Shown: positions 42,991 to 53,422 of the stretch, piece by piece
How positions within the stretch are numbered: the stretch's first letter is position 1
Layout: the number at the start of each line of letters is the position of its first letter
IMG/VR virus record: IMGVR_UViG_3300010401_000032
Span: 26,145 to 90,144 of that record
Reading direction: 5' to 3' (one strand)
Length of the DNA stretch: 64,000 nucleotides
Source: a virus
Taxonomy: Duplodnaviria > Heunggongvirae > Uroviricota > Caudoviricetes
Translations under genes and position numbers: made by a program
The notes under the pieces: generated by a model
Database searches by the model: none
Seen by the model: the letters and a program-made list of their open reading frames with translations, nothing else
What the model was told of the DNA's origin: nothing

Positions 42991-43286
42991 AAAATAGAGA
43001 AGCAGAAATAGATGCACAAATAAAGATCTTGTCGGAAGAAAAGGAAAAAATTCGCCGCAATAAGCTTTGGCACTGTCCTTTTTGTAAGAAGAAAACAATG
43101 ATCAAAAATTTGAGTCTCGTAATGCACTATAAATATCATTATGAAGACTACGATCCAACGGGGTTAATTTCTATAACCTGTCCTAAATGTTCAAAATTAT
43201 CTAATGGTTACTGCACTGACAACAATTGGGAAAAATTCTATAATCTACAATTATACTTTAGGAACGTAAAACGTATTTCGGAATGA
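42987..43286 (+). CDS. zinc-ribbon protein
   Basis: CPFCKKK ... CPKCSKLSNGYC. Confidence 0.4.
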   Translation: MKNREAEIDAQIKILSEEKEKIRRNKLWHCPFCKKKTMIKNLSLVMHYKYHYEDYDPTGLISITCPKCSKLSNGYCTDNNWEKFYNLQLYFRNVKRISE

Positions 43287-43416
43287 AATTACACTGGTAT
43301 TATATGATTCATATTTGTTGTCCGGTATGTGGTAGTGAAAATATATATAGAGAAAGACGCTATCATTCACGACCGATCGAATATAACGATAGACATAAAT
43401 TCGAAGAACAATATGA

Positions 43417-44676
43417 TTGGTGCAACGCATGAAAATTATTCAATTATACGCCGAGAATATCAAACGCTTAAAAGCAGTTGAGATAACACCCACCGATAAT
43501 ACAATTATCATTAGTGGTAAGAATGAAAATGGCAAGTCGTCTGTCATCGACTCTATCTGGTTAGCACTAGAGTATCGCGAGGCCGTCAAAGAAAATAAGG
43601 TTCCCCTTCGTATTGGTGAGCAAAAAGGTATTGTCACACTTGACCTGGGTGACTATATTGTTACTCGTAAGTTCACCGAGAATGACAGTACGCTTGAAAT
43701 AAGAACGCCAGACGGCAGCAAGATAACGTCGCCGCAAAAGCTTCTTGACGGCATGATAGGTGATCTATCTTTTGACCCTTGGGCCTTCTGCAAGAAGACG
43801 GAGGAGGAACAACGACAAATACTTGCCGATGTTTTATTCAAGATTACCGGCGGCAAGCTCGATCTCGCTTCCTATGATCAGAAATATAAAGAAGCATTTG
43901 ATACAAGAACCGAAATAAATAGGGAAAAGAAAAGGCTTGCGGCCCTGCTTACGACTATCAAGCCACCGAGCAAAGATGATCCAACCGAAGAAAAATCTTC
44001 CGAATCTCTGACGGCCGCAATTACCGAAGCGGTCGAAGCTAAGACTCTTAATAGCTCATTAACAACGAAATATTTTTCGCTTGAAAAAGAAGTACAAGCA
44101 TACGAAGAGAAGTTGCGGGCTCTTGTGGCTGAATTCGCCGACGTTAGAGCTAAGCTTGCGTCGGTACAAGCAAACAATAAGTCGCAGGACGTGACTGTCC
44201 TTAATGAAGAGTTGAGGAATCTCGAATCCAATAATAAGAGAGCCCGCGAAGTTAAGGAATATACCAAGATCACGGATGGCCTTAGGCTTCTGGATGAAGA
44301 AGTAACTAAATTGAATAATACAATGGAGTTGCTTGAAATAGAAAAAGCAGAAGCACTTGAGTCATCGCCGTTGCCCGTTAAGGGTTTACGTATCTCGGCC
44401 GAAGGCGTCGGCGTTATGTCAGAGAATGGCGAGTTCGTTCCGTTTGCCCAAGGGTCTTCTGCACAGAAGCTAAAGATATCCATGGGTATAGCTGTAGCGG
44501 CAAATCCCAAACTAAGAGTTATTAGAATATCTGATGGCTCTTTATTAGATGATAGCAGTATGCAAATACTAAAAGACATTGCAAATAGCGAAGATTTTCA
44601 GATCTGGGTAGAGTTTACTAGTAGAAATGAAAATGATAGAGTCGGTGTTTATATAGAAGATGGATTGGTCAAATAG
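43417..44676 (+). CDS. SbcC/Rad50-like SMC-family ATPase
   Basis: N-terminal IIISGKNENGKSSVIDSIWLAL Walker A; long coiled-coil middle; C-terminal ..LLDD.. Confidence 0.55.
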   Translation: MVQRMKIIQLYAENIKRLKAVEITPTDNTIIISGKNENGKSSVIDSIWLALEYREAVKENKVPLRIGEQKGIVTLDLGDYIVTRKFTENDSTLEIRTPDGSKITSPQKLLDGMIGDLSFDPWAFCKKTEEEQRQILADVLFKITGGKLDLASYDQKYKEAFDTRTEINREKKRLAALLTTIKPPSKDDPTEEKSSESLTAAITEAVEAKTLNSSLTTKYFSLEKEVQAYEEKLRALVAEFADVRAKLASVQANNKSQDVTVLNEELRNLESNNKRAREVKEYTKITDGLRLLDEEVTKLNNTMELLEIEKAEALESSPLPVKGLRISAEGVGVMSENGEFVPFAQGSSAQKLKISMGIAVAANPKLRVIRISDGSLLDDSSMQILKDIANSEDFQIWVEFTSRNENDRVGVYIEDGLVK

Positions 44677-44709
44677 GGCTTAGTGTATTTTCAAATGTAG
44701 GAGGCTCTT

Positions 44710-45093
44710 ATGATGGCCATAAACATTGATTGGACTAAGTTGAAAGCAATATATAAAAGCCTATGTGAAGACAAGCAGTTGTCACCACACTCAGAAATCG
44801 TTTTTATATTAACGTTTAACAATAATAAAGTTAAAAAATCCGCAATAAGACTTAAGGGATTTTTAGATTTCTTTTGGCTCTTAGAGAACAATCCTGACCT
44901 ACATATTAAGAGCATCGTTGTCCAAGATAAGGGTGGCAAGACCTTATATCGCCACAAGCAAACGAACAACGGTAATGAAGAGATACCAGAAGGCGGACAC
45001 GAATACATAGTTCGCAATTGGAATACATTTAAAGAGACCGAAAAAGAGTTGATCCTTAAAATAATGATCGCACAAATACAAGGATATGAATAA
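44710..45093 (+). CDS. hypothetical protein
   Basis: 127-aa ORF. Confidence 0.45.
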   Translation: MMAINIDWTKLKAIYKSLCEDKQLSPHSEIVFILTFNNNKVKKSAIRLKGFLDFFWLLENNPDLHIKSIVVQDKGGKTLYRHKQTNNGNEEIPEGGHEYIVRNWNTFKETEKELILKIMIAQIQGYE

Positions 45094-45604
45094 GAACCCC
45101 CTCAACGATCTTCCGCAAAACGAATGGGACGCATTAATAAATAGTATTCTTAAGCCGTTTTATTCATTATGCAAAAAAGACATGCTATTAACGCCAGAGG
45201 ACTTGCAACAGGAAGCTTGGTTAGGTCTGCTAGACGCATGCAGTAAGTACGATCCCAATAAGGGAAAGTTTATCACCTTTGGGTACTCCTATATTCGTGG
45301 TCACGTCATGAGATTTATAGCTCAAAAAACCATTAATAAACCAACTCAATTTGAAGTGAGCGAAGAGAATGTCGAGAGTAGATTTTATAACGAAGATACT
45401 GCCGAACGTAAAGACGTTATGCAAACTATCATGAGTAAAATCTCAGACCAAGAACACGCCTTCCTATTAGAAGAACACTTCGTGAACGGTAAATCTCTCA
45501 GACAAATAGCTAGAGAGCGACACGTATCTCACGAAGCCATTTCAACTCGTGTACGCAAATTATTAGATATTCTAGAGTTGAGATTAAATCATGCCAATAG
45601 CTAA
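45086..45604 (+). CDS. sigma-70-family RNA polymerase sigma factor
   Basis: Region 2-like QEAWLGLLDACSKYDPNKGKFITFGYSYIRGHVMRFI; region 4 HTH LRQIARERHVSHEAISTRVRKLL. Confidence 0.65.
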   Translation: MNKNPLNDLPQNEWDALINSILKPFYSLCKKDMLLTPEDLQQEAWLGLLDACSKYDPNKGKFITFGYSYIRGHVMRFIAQKTINKPTQFEVSEENVESRFYNEDTAERKDVMQTIMSKISDQEHAFLLEEHFVNGKSLRQIARERHVSHEAISTRVRKLLDILELRLNHANS

Positions 45605-45803
45605 AACGCTGATTCTGATAGAGTGTAGATGTTGCGGCGGATCTTATTTCGGCGGCGACCAAAAACTCATCTTACATCCTGGCACAGAAAATCAATTGCC
45701 AGATGAAATAGCTTTCGTTGTTAGAAAAGTTGCACGTTGTTTATCATGCAAGGACAAAGAAGATAGAACTTATGGCGGCAAAAGAAAACGTTTCGAGCGT
45801 TGA
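45591..45803 (+). CDS. small Cys-rich protein
   Basis: CRCCGGSYFGG ... CLSCKDKED. Confidence 0.35.
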   Translation: MPIAKTLILIECRCCGGSYFGGDQKLILHPGTENQLPDEIAFVVRKVARCLSCKDKEDRTYGGKRKRFER

Positions 45804-46737
45804 AACATATTTACCTATTAAGAACCTCCAAGAAGGTTTTCAATACGAGCAAATATTTCTAATTGATAGTGTAACCCATAACGAGAATATGATAACGGCA
45901 AAGAATCAGCCGTTCGCAGAAATTGTTATCAAGGATATTACTGGCAGCCTTAGTGGCAAGGTCTGGAATTACGAAGGCGGAATCCAAGAAGGTCAGTACG
46001 CCGTCATTAAGATAGACCTAAAGAAATATAAAGACCAACTAACGTTTCAGTGTCAGTACGAGAATATTGAAATAGTTGACAAGCCATTAAACATATTTGA
46101 CTATGTGGACGGCATGAGTGAAAGTGCCCTCATGCAGTATGCCGGCGAAATTGAATCCGCCATTATGAGCATAGTAGACGAGTCCTATAGAAACATTATG
46201 TATTATGCTATAAATACATTGGATCTCATGCAGGCATTAAAAGAATCGCCGTACGGATTACAAGGCAGTATGTCTTATCCTGGCGGTCTACTTGTTCATA
46301 CAGCCCACGCCTTAAGATTTGCAAAGATCGCCAATCAACAGGCGAAAGAAACCGAGATACCGTTCTCGTCTTCTCTAGTAATCGCTGGATGTATTCTTAG
46401 AAATATAGGTTGGTATACCACTACCAAGTTTCACGGCGACAAACTAAGATCGAGGGACGCCTATTACATGATAGGTATCCAAAGGGCGAGCACTCGTTAT
46501 ATCGACCATTTAATGCTTTCTGCCGAATCAGACGTACAAATGACCGTGCCGGAATCAAAGCGTCAGGCACTAGAAAATGTTTGTAATAAGCAAGCTGATA
46601 TCAATACGCTCGAAGGACAAATCATAGCGTGCTCTGATAACATGGCCGACATTCTAGACTTTGGAGCAACGGCCCTTGGAAAGAAAAAGATTGGAAATTG
46701 GGCAGAAGAATTATTCATCGGACACTTACATGAATGA
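45772..46737 (+). CDS. hypothetical protein
   Basis: Track ORF 45718..46737; internal ATG 45772 avoids most overlap with previous ORF. Confidence 0.45.
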   Translation: MAAKENVSSVETYLPIKNLQEGFQYEQIFLIDSVTHNENMITAKNQPFAEIVIKDITGSLSGKVWNYEGGIQEGQYAVIKIDLKKYKDQLTFQCQYENIEIVDKPLNIFDYVDGMSESALMQYAGEIESAIMSIVDESYRNIMYYAINTLDLMQALKESPYGLQGSMSYPGGLLVHTAHALRFAKIANQQAKETEIPFSSSLVIAGCILRNIGWYTTTKFHGDKLRSRDAYYMIGIQRASTRYIDHLMLSAESDVQMTVPESKRQALENVCNKQADINTLEGQIIACSDNMADILDFGATALGKKKIGNWAEELFIGHLHE

Positions 46738-47311
46738 ACTACTAGAATTAGAGCAGAAAATGCTCGCATGCGAGGCATGCGATTTATTTAGAACAAGAAC
46801 AAAAGTAGTATTCGGTTCGGGTTCTACGAGTCCCAAAGTTATGCTCGTCGGAGAAGCTCCCGGCGAAGACGAAGACCTCAGTGGGCAACCCTTCGTTGGT
46901 AAGGCTGGCAAGAAATTAGATAGTATGTTAGGTTATGCCGGCTTAAAAAGGGAAGATGTATACATCAGCAATAGCGTTTTATGTCGCCCTCCGCTGAATA
47001 GAAATCCCAGCCGTCAAGAATTGAATGCTTGTAAATGGCGTCTTGATCTCCAAATCAAACTTTTAAAGCCAAAACTTATTATAGTGTTGGGCAAGATCGC
47101 AGCCGAACAGATTAAGGGTGAACAAATCAAAGGTCCACTCAAGCAACTCTTTCCAGAAAATTTACAGAGTCCTTGGATCGATTATAACAATGAAACAAAA
47201 ATGATCGTCACGTATCACCCAAGCTTTCACCTACGTTCTCCCGAACAAGCCTATAAGATCACGCTACCGCATTGGACCCAGATTAAAGAATGGGTTACCA
47301 ATGGATCATGA
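46730..47311 (+). CDS. uracil-DNA glycosylase, family 4
   Basis: CEACDLF, GEAPGEDEDLSGQPFVGKAGKKLD; start ATG 46730 overlaps upstream stop (ATGAATGA). Confidence 0.75.
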   Translation: MNELLELEQKMLACEACDLFRTRTKVVFGSGSTSPKVMLVGEAPGEDEDLSGQPFVGKAGKKLDSMLGYAGLKREDVYISNSVLCRPPLNRNPSRQELNACKWRLDLQIKLLKPKLIIVLGKIAAEQIKGEQIKGPLKQLFPENLQSPWIDYNNETKMIVTYHPSFHLRSPEQAYKITLPHWTQIKEWVTNGS

Positions 47312-48083
47312 ATCAATGGAATACGCCGGCAAGATCAATCTTGCGGCAATAGAGCTTGGTTTTAAGACGGCCATTCCAGGAACAACGCTCCTAGATATAA
47401 GTAATGAAATTGAGAAATTTCTATTAGCGTCTAATTGTACGCCAGCTTTTAAAGACTATCAGCCGAATGGGGCCTCTAGTCCTTTTCCTGGAGCGGTCTG
47501 CTTAAGCCCTAATGACGTAGTAGTTCATGGTGTTCCAAACACTTATACTTTAAAAGATGGTGACCTTCTAACCATTGATCTGGGCACTAAGTATAAAGAC
47601 TGTTTTGTTGACGCGGCACGCTCCCGCATTATTGGCGATAAATCAATTAATCCTATTGCTAATCAATTAATAGAGGCAACGGAAGCCATATTAGAAGCAC
47701 AGCTAAAAACGGTTAAGCATAATAGTACATTTTTAGAGCTAGTTGAGGCTGCCGAAAACGAAGCGTTATGTCATAATGTAAATATCGCCTCGAAGTGGGG
47801 CGGTCATCGTATAGGAGAAGCCATTCATATAGATCCATTTGTGCCTAATGCTATTAATAGAGATTTAAGCACAATGAGACAAACCCTTCAAAGACACTTA
47901 TATGATAGGCAAACATTTCAGGCTGGAAATTATTATTGCATAGAGCCCGTGGTGGTCCGTGGAACAACCGATATCACAATCGATGAAGATGGCTGGACCG
48001 TCAGAACAAAAGACGGCGGATGGGCCTGTCACACGGAGAGGTGCCTTTTAATAACCGATAACGGCTATCAAATTATATCTTAG
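47301..48083 (+). CDS. map: methionine aminopeptidase, type I
   Basis: VVVHGVPNTYTLKDGDLLTIDLG; C-terminal CIEPVVV..GWTVRTKDGGWACHTERCLLITDNGYQII aligns with E. coli MetAP. Confidence 0.8.
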   Translation: MDHESMEYAGKINLAAIELGFKTAIPGTTLLDISNEIEKFLLASNCTPAFKDYQPNGASSPFPGAVCLSPNDVVVHGVPNTYTLKDGDLLTIDLGTKYKDCFVDAARSRIIGDKSINPIANQLIEATEAILEAQLKTVKHNSTFLELVEAAENEALCHNVNIASKWGGHRIGEAIHIDPFVPNAINRDLSTMRQTLQRHLYDRQTFQAGNYYCIEPVVVRGTTDITIDEDGWTVRTKDGGWACHTERCLLITDNGYQIIS

Positions 48084-48104
48084 TGTATTTTTAACAGGAA
48101 AATC

Positions 48105-48731
48105 ATGAACGAACAAGAACCCAGTGTACCGCAAAGTGAAATTCGTAATCCGATCATTACATTCAATGATCAACAGAGATGGCCAATCTTAGAAACCATT
48201 TCAAAGCCATGTTCATTTCCTCTCTCGCAAGAAGATGAAGAGGTTATAGTTTTCATGGATTCTATTCTGGACCAACTAGATGCCGAAGCGGCCGGATTAG
48301 CGGCGGTCCAAGTTGGCTACGCGAAACAAATATTTCTTCTAAGAAATAAAGTCAGTGAAGATGGCAAGCCAGAGAATAATGCTTACATCAACCCCATTCT
48401 TCTAAAAAAGAGCATGGAACAAAAACGCGATGGCGAAGCTTGTTTGTCATTGCCGGGAATGGGCGTCGCAATTAAAAGACCAAAGAGTGTGACGATATCT
48501 TATACGGATATCAGTGGCGAACAAAAAGTTGAAACATTTAATGGCTTCTGGGCAAGAGCGGTTAGTCATGAATTGGACCACCTAAATGGTGTCATGATAC
48601 TAAACCATTTACAGAAGGTCGCAAGCAAAACAGTAAGGCGATCCAAGTGCGGAATGGTACTAGATGCAGCAGCACAAAAAAGAATTGCAAAAAGACGTGC
48701 AAAGAAAAAATTCGCCAAACACAATAGATAA
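48105..48731 (+). CDS. def: peptide deformylase
   Basis: GLAAVQVG, EACLSLPG, HELDHLNG motifs I-III. Confidence 0.85.
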   Translation: MNEQEPSVPQSEIRNPIITFNDQQRWPILETISKPCSFPLSQEDEEVIVFMDSILDQLDAEAAGLAAVQVGYAKQIFLLRNKVSEDGKPENNAYINPILLKKSMEQKRDGEACLSLPGMGVAIKRPKSVTISYTDISGEQKVETFNGFWARAVSHELDHLNGVMILNHLQKVASKTVRRSKCGMVLDAAAQKRIAKRRAKKKFAKHNR

Positions 48732-48760
48732 CTCCCCCTCATTTTTTGGAGGGTATATAA

Positions 48761-49441
48761 GTGTTGAGAAATTTTATTCCACCTAAGGTACAACCTGGAC
48801 AAGAAGAATACGTTAAGTCAATACGAGAGAATCAGATAACTATCTGTACCGGGCTCGCGGGCACCGGTAAGACATTTTTAGCTCTTAGTGAAGCTATTGA
48901 TATGTTAATGAAATCTCAAAAACGTGGAGGAATACAGCGAATTGTGATTGTGCGACCTTATATTCCCAGCAATACGGGAGAAAAAATAGGGGCACTCCCC
49001 GGCACTTTGGATGAAAAAGTTGCCCCTTATGTACTATCTATAAGAGATAATATGAGACAGCTTGGAATGAATGAACAGGACATTCAGGACATGCTCGGAA
49101 GACAGTTTGAATTTACAGTTTTAAGTATGTGCAGAGGACGTTCTTTTAGCAATTGCTTTGTTATCGTGGAAGAGGCACAGAATGTGCCGCTCTCTGGCGA
49201 CGCAATGAAGATGTTACTAACTCGCGTCGGCAAAGATTGCAAAATGGTTATTCAGGGTGATATCGATCAAGTAGACATACCAACTGAAAACAGTGCGTTG
49301 CCCGAAACCATTAATATATTAAGCGGCGTTCACGGCGTTGGTATCGTAGACATGAACAATATCGAGACCGTCCAAAGATCCGGTATAGTAAAGCGTATAT
49401 TAACAGCTTATAAACAACACGAAGAAGGATATAATGGGTAA
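48761..49441 (+). CDS. phoH: PhoH-like ATPase
   Basis: ICTGLAGTGKTFLAL Walker A; VIVEEAQN Walker B. Confidence 0.8.
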   Translation: MLRNFIPPKVQPGQEEYVKSIRENQITICTGLAGTGKTFLALSEAIDMLMKSQKRGGIQRIVIVRPYIPSNTGEKIGALPGTLDEKVAPYVLSIRDNMRQLGMNEQDIQDMLGRQFEFTVLSMCRGRSFSNCFVIVEEAQNVPLSGDAMKMLLTRVGKDCKMVIQGDIDQVDIPTENSALPETINILSGVHGVGIVDMNNIETVQRSGIVKRILTAYKQHEEGYNG

Positions 49442-49979
49442 AAGACTAATCGTTGAATGCGACCTCACGAAGCAAGAATATAATCCGGAAGAAACGGTTA
49501 CGCTAACCTTTAAGAAGGACGGCAAAAAGTCTGGACGCACTTACGAACTTAGTGCAAAGGCCGCCGAAAAACTAGAACAACAATTGGTTGCCGGCCCAGA
49601 GGCAAAGCTACCGTCCGATTGGACATTTAGCGGATCACCAGAACGTAAAAAGGCAGTCACGCTAGAGACTCTAGAAGATTCAATCGAAGACGATAGCGAA
49701 TTTGTCGCGGCTAAAAAGATGGAACTGCGAGACATAGGCATTATCTCTGATGAAGCACGAGAGACTGTCGAGAATCCAATTCTATTTGAAGAAACAGACG
49801 GATGCCGACATATCAACAAGGGTAGAATACAAACTACATTAAAAAATAAGAAAAGATTTATCTATCAAACATGTAGAGATTGTGGAAAGAAAATTGAAGC
49901 AAAGACAATGGAAGAAAAAACCAGCTATATGAATAGCAAATTACCGCCAGACGTAAATATGCAGGAGAAAATATCATGA
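49434..49979 (+). CDS. hypothetical protein with C-terminal zinc ribbon
   Basis: CRHINKG ... CRDCGKK. Confidence 0.45.
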   Translation: MGKRLIVECDLTKQEYNPEETVTLTFKKDGKKSGRTYELSAKAAEKLEQQLVAGPEAKLPSDWTFSGSPERKKAVTLETLEDSIEDDSEFVAAKKMELRDIGIISDEARETVENPILFEETDGCRHINKGRIQTTLKNKKRFIYQTCRDCGKKIEAKTMEEKTSYMNSKLPPDVNMQEKIS

Positions 49980-50521
49980 AGAAGTTAGCAATTTTAGTTT
50001 TAGGTTTAGTTTGTGCATTTGGAACAATGCAAGGATGTTCAAGTACCGGCGAGGGGCAAGGAATTCAAGCCCTCGAACAGATGCCGGAAGTCGACTACAG
50101 TAAGTGGAAATTATATATTCAATTAGGTGTAAAGATTTCCGCCAATAGACTTCTAAGGGAAGGCTCTGTAACCGCAAAAGAGCTAGAACTTGTAGCGACA
50201 GCAATTGAAACGGCACGCGATCAAACCGTTATCCCTGGTGCGACCGGCATTATCAAGCCAGCACTGGACAAGATCGGTTTCACTAATGACGAAATTGAAT
50301 TAGTTCTTATGGTAGCGGAACAAGAACTATTGTCTCGTGGTGCTTTAAATTGGATTAATCCTACGACAGGCGTTGTTGACCTATCACCACGCACTAAGGA
50401 CATCCTTACTGTAGTTGCAAGCTCACTAAGAGCCGCAACGAAGGTTACGGAAGAAGAGCATCAACAAAATGCTCAGTTGCAAGACCAGTTTGGATATAGA
50501 TTTGTCAAACTAAGTCAATGA
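49976..50521 (+). CDS. putative lipoprotein
   Basis: MKKLAILVLGLVCAFGTMQGCSS signal/lipobox-like. Confidence 0.45.
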   Translation: MKKLAILVLGLVCAFGTMQGCSSTGEGQGIQALEQMPEVDYSKWKLYIQLGVKISANRLLREGSVTAKELELVATAIETARDQTVIPGATGIIKPALDKIGFTNDEIELVLMVAEQELLSRGALNWINPTTGVVDLSPRTKDILTVVASSLRAATKVTEEEHQQNAQLQDQFGYRFVKLSQ

Positions 50522-51018
50522 TTCGAGTTTTCTTTAACGAAAACGGATACTATATAAATGGGGAGGGCGTCGAAATTACGCGGCGTCTCTCCCCCGCTCT
50601 CACTGAAAGAGGCGATAGAATTTTTCAAGTCATTCATCATACATATAAAGTCCTAGTGATGGCTCTGAAAGATCTACAAATCAATAACGTAAAAGAAGAC
50701 GTTATAGTATATAACGATAGTCGAATTATCGACGAGATCAATGGACTTACGAAACCACTAGATGAGACATGTGAGCAGTGGTTGCAAGGCATCAGAAGAT
50801 CAATAGTTCCCTCTATCAAGCCGGTCGTGTTCTTTCGCAAAAAGACCTCTGATTATGTAGCGGAACAAATAAGAATAGCACACGCCAATATACAGAAGGT
50901 AGATAACCAGAAATTGGCAGAAGAATATTTAAAGCAACGAGAAGAGAAGATAAATGGCGGCAAGAAGAAACGCCTAAATAAATTACGAAAAAATTGGTTC
51001 GGAGACAAACATGAGTGA
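50518..51018 (+). CDS. hypothetical protein
   Basis: 166-aa ORF. Confidence 0.45.
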   Translation: MIRVFFNENGYYINGEGVEITRRLSPALTERGDRIFQVIHHTYKVLVMALKDLQINNVKEDVIVYNDSRIIDEINGLTKPLDETCEQWLQGIRRSIVPSIKPVVFFRKKTSDYVAEQIRIAHANIQKVDNQKLAEEYLKQREEKINGGKKKRLNKLRKNWFGDKHE

Positions 51019-51259
51019 TCACAGTACAGATATTAGCGTAACAATGGATCGTCTATTAAGAGAACGCCTAGAACAATACGGTGTCCCCGTCGAAGTGCGT
51101 TCTAGCCTCAGGGACGATATCTTAGGCTTCCTACAACGGCCAGAAAAGAAGCCGCATGGTGCTTGTGTCATGACGCCGGCCGCATCAATGGCGTCAGATC
51201 AAGCAAAGAAGAATAAAGAAGTGCAGAAGAAGGGCACTTCAACGCCCGAAGTTATTTGA
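51011..51259 (+). CDS. hypothetical protein
   Basis: 82-aa ORF; last plus-strand gene, converges on minus-strand block. Confidence 0.4.
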   Translation: MSDHSTDISVTMDRLLRERLEQYGVPVEVRSSLRDDILGFLQRPEKKPHGACVMTPAASMASDQAKKNKEVQKKGTSTPEVI

Positions 51260-53117
51260 GTAGTTTTACCGCTGATTCATATCCAGCGAATTGTGCTCTC
51301 TGCCAAAGCTTCGGATAATTTTGCAAGAAGCCTTTTCTTTCGGCAATGGACGCCACCGGCGTCCAGTGTTTTAAGCTGGTGCGAATAACAGAAACATTAT
51401 TCGTAAGACGATAAGCTTCTCCAAGCACTGCTAATGTATGGATAATATCTCCATCCACACTAGCATTCACATTATTGATTATAATTGGATTACCGTTTAC
51501 ATGCGTCCATACCCAATGCGGAGGACCAAATTGATTGGGTCCGTAGGTATATGGAATCAAATGCAATGTCTGTGAATTGTAGAATCGATCACAGAATCTT
51601 AATAATGTAGCTTTAGCTAACGTAGCGTCAGCTATATGTCTCATTGCTGCCGAAGCTCCGAATGCTATAATGGCAGAGTGGAAGCTCTGCGTACCTTCTA
51701 CGCCGGTGGGCAAAAACGGCTGATGGAATTCTTTTTGCACAACGCCGTTACTATCGGCGGCGGCCACATAAACCCACATTGCTTTTTCAAGCCAAGATAA
51801 AGAATATCCCGGCTTGACAATGTTTGCGAGAGCGGCGTGATATAATCCCCAGCCAAATGCACGATCGGCATTAATACCATCATTAGGATTCAAAGATACT
51901 AAATACATTGTACGCATCAATGATGGATATAGATATGTTGGATTATGATTGTCATCTTGGTGAACAATTTCGTCATTTCTATCGCTCCATCCACATTGGC
52001 AAATATACTCAAATGCCATAATTAGATCGTCTCCCGCCATAGGGTTCTGTTCATAATGCCAGAGTGGTTCAGCATTAATTGACATGCGGCGTACGTGAGC
52101 GGGATCGTGAGCACGATAAGCTGTCAATGCCGCTTCGTAAGAACAGGTATTGCCGGGATTGAAAACTCGATAATGATAATTATTGTAGTTGCCATCTAAG
52201 AAGGCAATTAACTCTACATCGGATTCTCTTCCTTCTTCACCCTTCATTAGCTCGGCATGAATGAGATGGTTGTAAGTCCATTCTGCTGCTCTAATAGGTT
52301 CGCCCGTGTTAATATTATAACAGGCAAACGGCATTCTATCCATGTTCGCTATATGTAATAGCGAATTCATATAGACAGATTCGGGCACTTGAGCAAATCC
52401 AGTATAAGGATTAATATTTAGACCGCCAAAAGAATATCCGGCACTGTTGCCTTCTGGATGCCAGGGGCCAACATTGGGCGTCTCAATACTCAATAGGTCT
52501 GCAACGTATCCTTCTATACCCTGTTGTAATGAAGTCTCGATAATACCGATTGCTTGTAATGAAAGTTGACTATAAGCTTCTCGATTAACAACGGGCATCA
52601 TCATATCCAGTGGACCATAATGGTTCACGACATCTGGAATGCGAAGACTGACACGTCTTAAAACAGCCGTGGCTTCGTTTACAACCTGGGGAGCACAAAT
52701 GCAAAATTCTCTTTCAAGAATTGCTCTAGGCAACATAACGTGATTATCATTAGGTATGGCGGCGGCTATAATCCACTGTCTCGGTAAAACTGATTCATCT
52801 TTGCGGACAGTAGTAACCACGCGATCATCAGTATCCCAACTTAATACTAATGACTTAAAGTATGTCTTGCCGCAGAAACCTGTTCCGTCTGGATTGACTG
52901 CACCGTTAGATAATCTAAATTTGAGGGCGATTATGTTTCTTGAAATAAACTTATAATAGAAATGCACGCCCAAGATATCTGGCTGTCCAACGCACGACAA
53001 ACGCTTCCAAACCTTGTTCCATCGTCCCATAAAAACTAAAGGGGTTTCGCAAACAAGCTTTGTTGAAAAGACGCCCTTGTCAGGCACGTCCATCGTTAGC
53101 GTAAGGTTAATTTTCAT
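51252..53117 (-). CDS. large hypothetical protein (621 aa), first gene of minus-strand late block
   Basis: Long uninterrupted ORF; no motif recognised. Confidence 0.5.
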   Translation of the reverse strand: MKINLTLTMDVPDKGVFSTKLVCETPLVFMGRWNKVWKRLSCVGQPDILGVHFYYKFISRNIIALKFRLSNGAVNPDGTGFCGKTYFKSLVLSWDTDDRVVTTVRKDESVLPRQWIIAAAIPNDNHVMLPRAILEREFCICAPQVVNEATAVLRRVSLRIPDVVNHYGPLDMMMPVVNREAYSQLSLQAIGIIETSLQQGIEGYVADLLSIETPNVGPWHPEGNSAGYSFGGLNINPYTGFAQVPESVYMNSLLHIANMDRMPFACYNINTGEPIRAAEWTYNHLIHAELMKGEEGRESDVELIAFLDGNYNNYHYRVFNPGNTCSYEAALTAYRAHDPAHVRRMSINAEPLWHYEQNPMAGDDLIMAFEYICQCGWSDRNDEIVHQDDNHNPTYLYPSLMRTMYLVSLNPNDGINADRAFGWGLYHAALANIVKPGYSLSWLEKAMWVYVAAADSNGVVQKEFHQPFLPTGVEGTQSFHSAIIAFGASAAMRHIADATLAKATLLRFCDRFYNSQTLHLIPYTYGPNQFGPPHWVWTHVNGNPIIINNVNASVDGDIIHTLAVLGEAYRLTNNVSVIRTSLKHWTPVASIAERKGFLQNYPKLWQRAQFAGYESAVKLLK

Positions 53118-53422
53118 TTTTGTGTAAACCTATCTATCGTTTCTTTCATAGCACGGAGGCATGAAGTAAGGTCAGATAAGACTTGCGTATTATGCTTAAC
53201 GAGATCAACATATTGATTGATAGTCTCTTTTAAAGCTTCAATATTCTTAATATGTTGTTCGTCGTTAGATTCTTCTAATTGTTCGATTCTTTTGCTTGCC
53301 GCTTTATTTTGTCTTAGAATTAGCGTTAATAAAACGCCAAAGACAAGACCCATGATGCCATATTGTTGTAATAGTGTGCCTAGAATACCGGGATCTGCAT
53401 TCTGAACCTCAAGAAACATCAT
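53114..53422 (-). CDS. small membrane/coiled-coil protein (holin-like candidate)
   Basis: TM segment GIMGLVFGVLLTLIL followed by charged coiled coil. Confidence 0.4.
   Translation of the reverse strand: MMFLEVQNADPGILGTLLQQYGIMGLVFGVLLTLILRQNKAASKRIEQLEESNDEQHIKNIEALKETINQYVDLVKHNTQVLSDLTSCLRAMKETIDRFTQK

Noticed and set aside
45718-46737. HD-domain assignment for ORF 45718..46737 based on LVHTAHAL
   Set aside because: Only a single His-containing stretch and no HD dyad identified; left as hypothetical.
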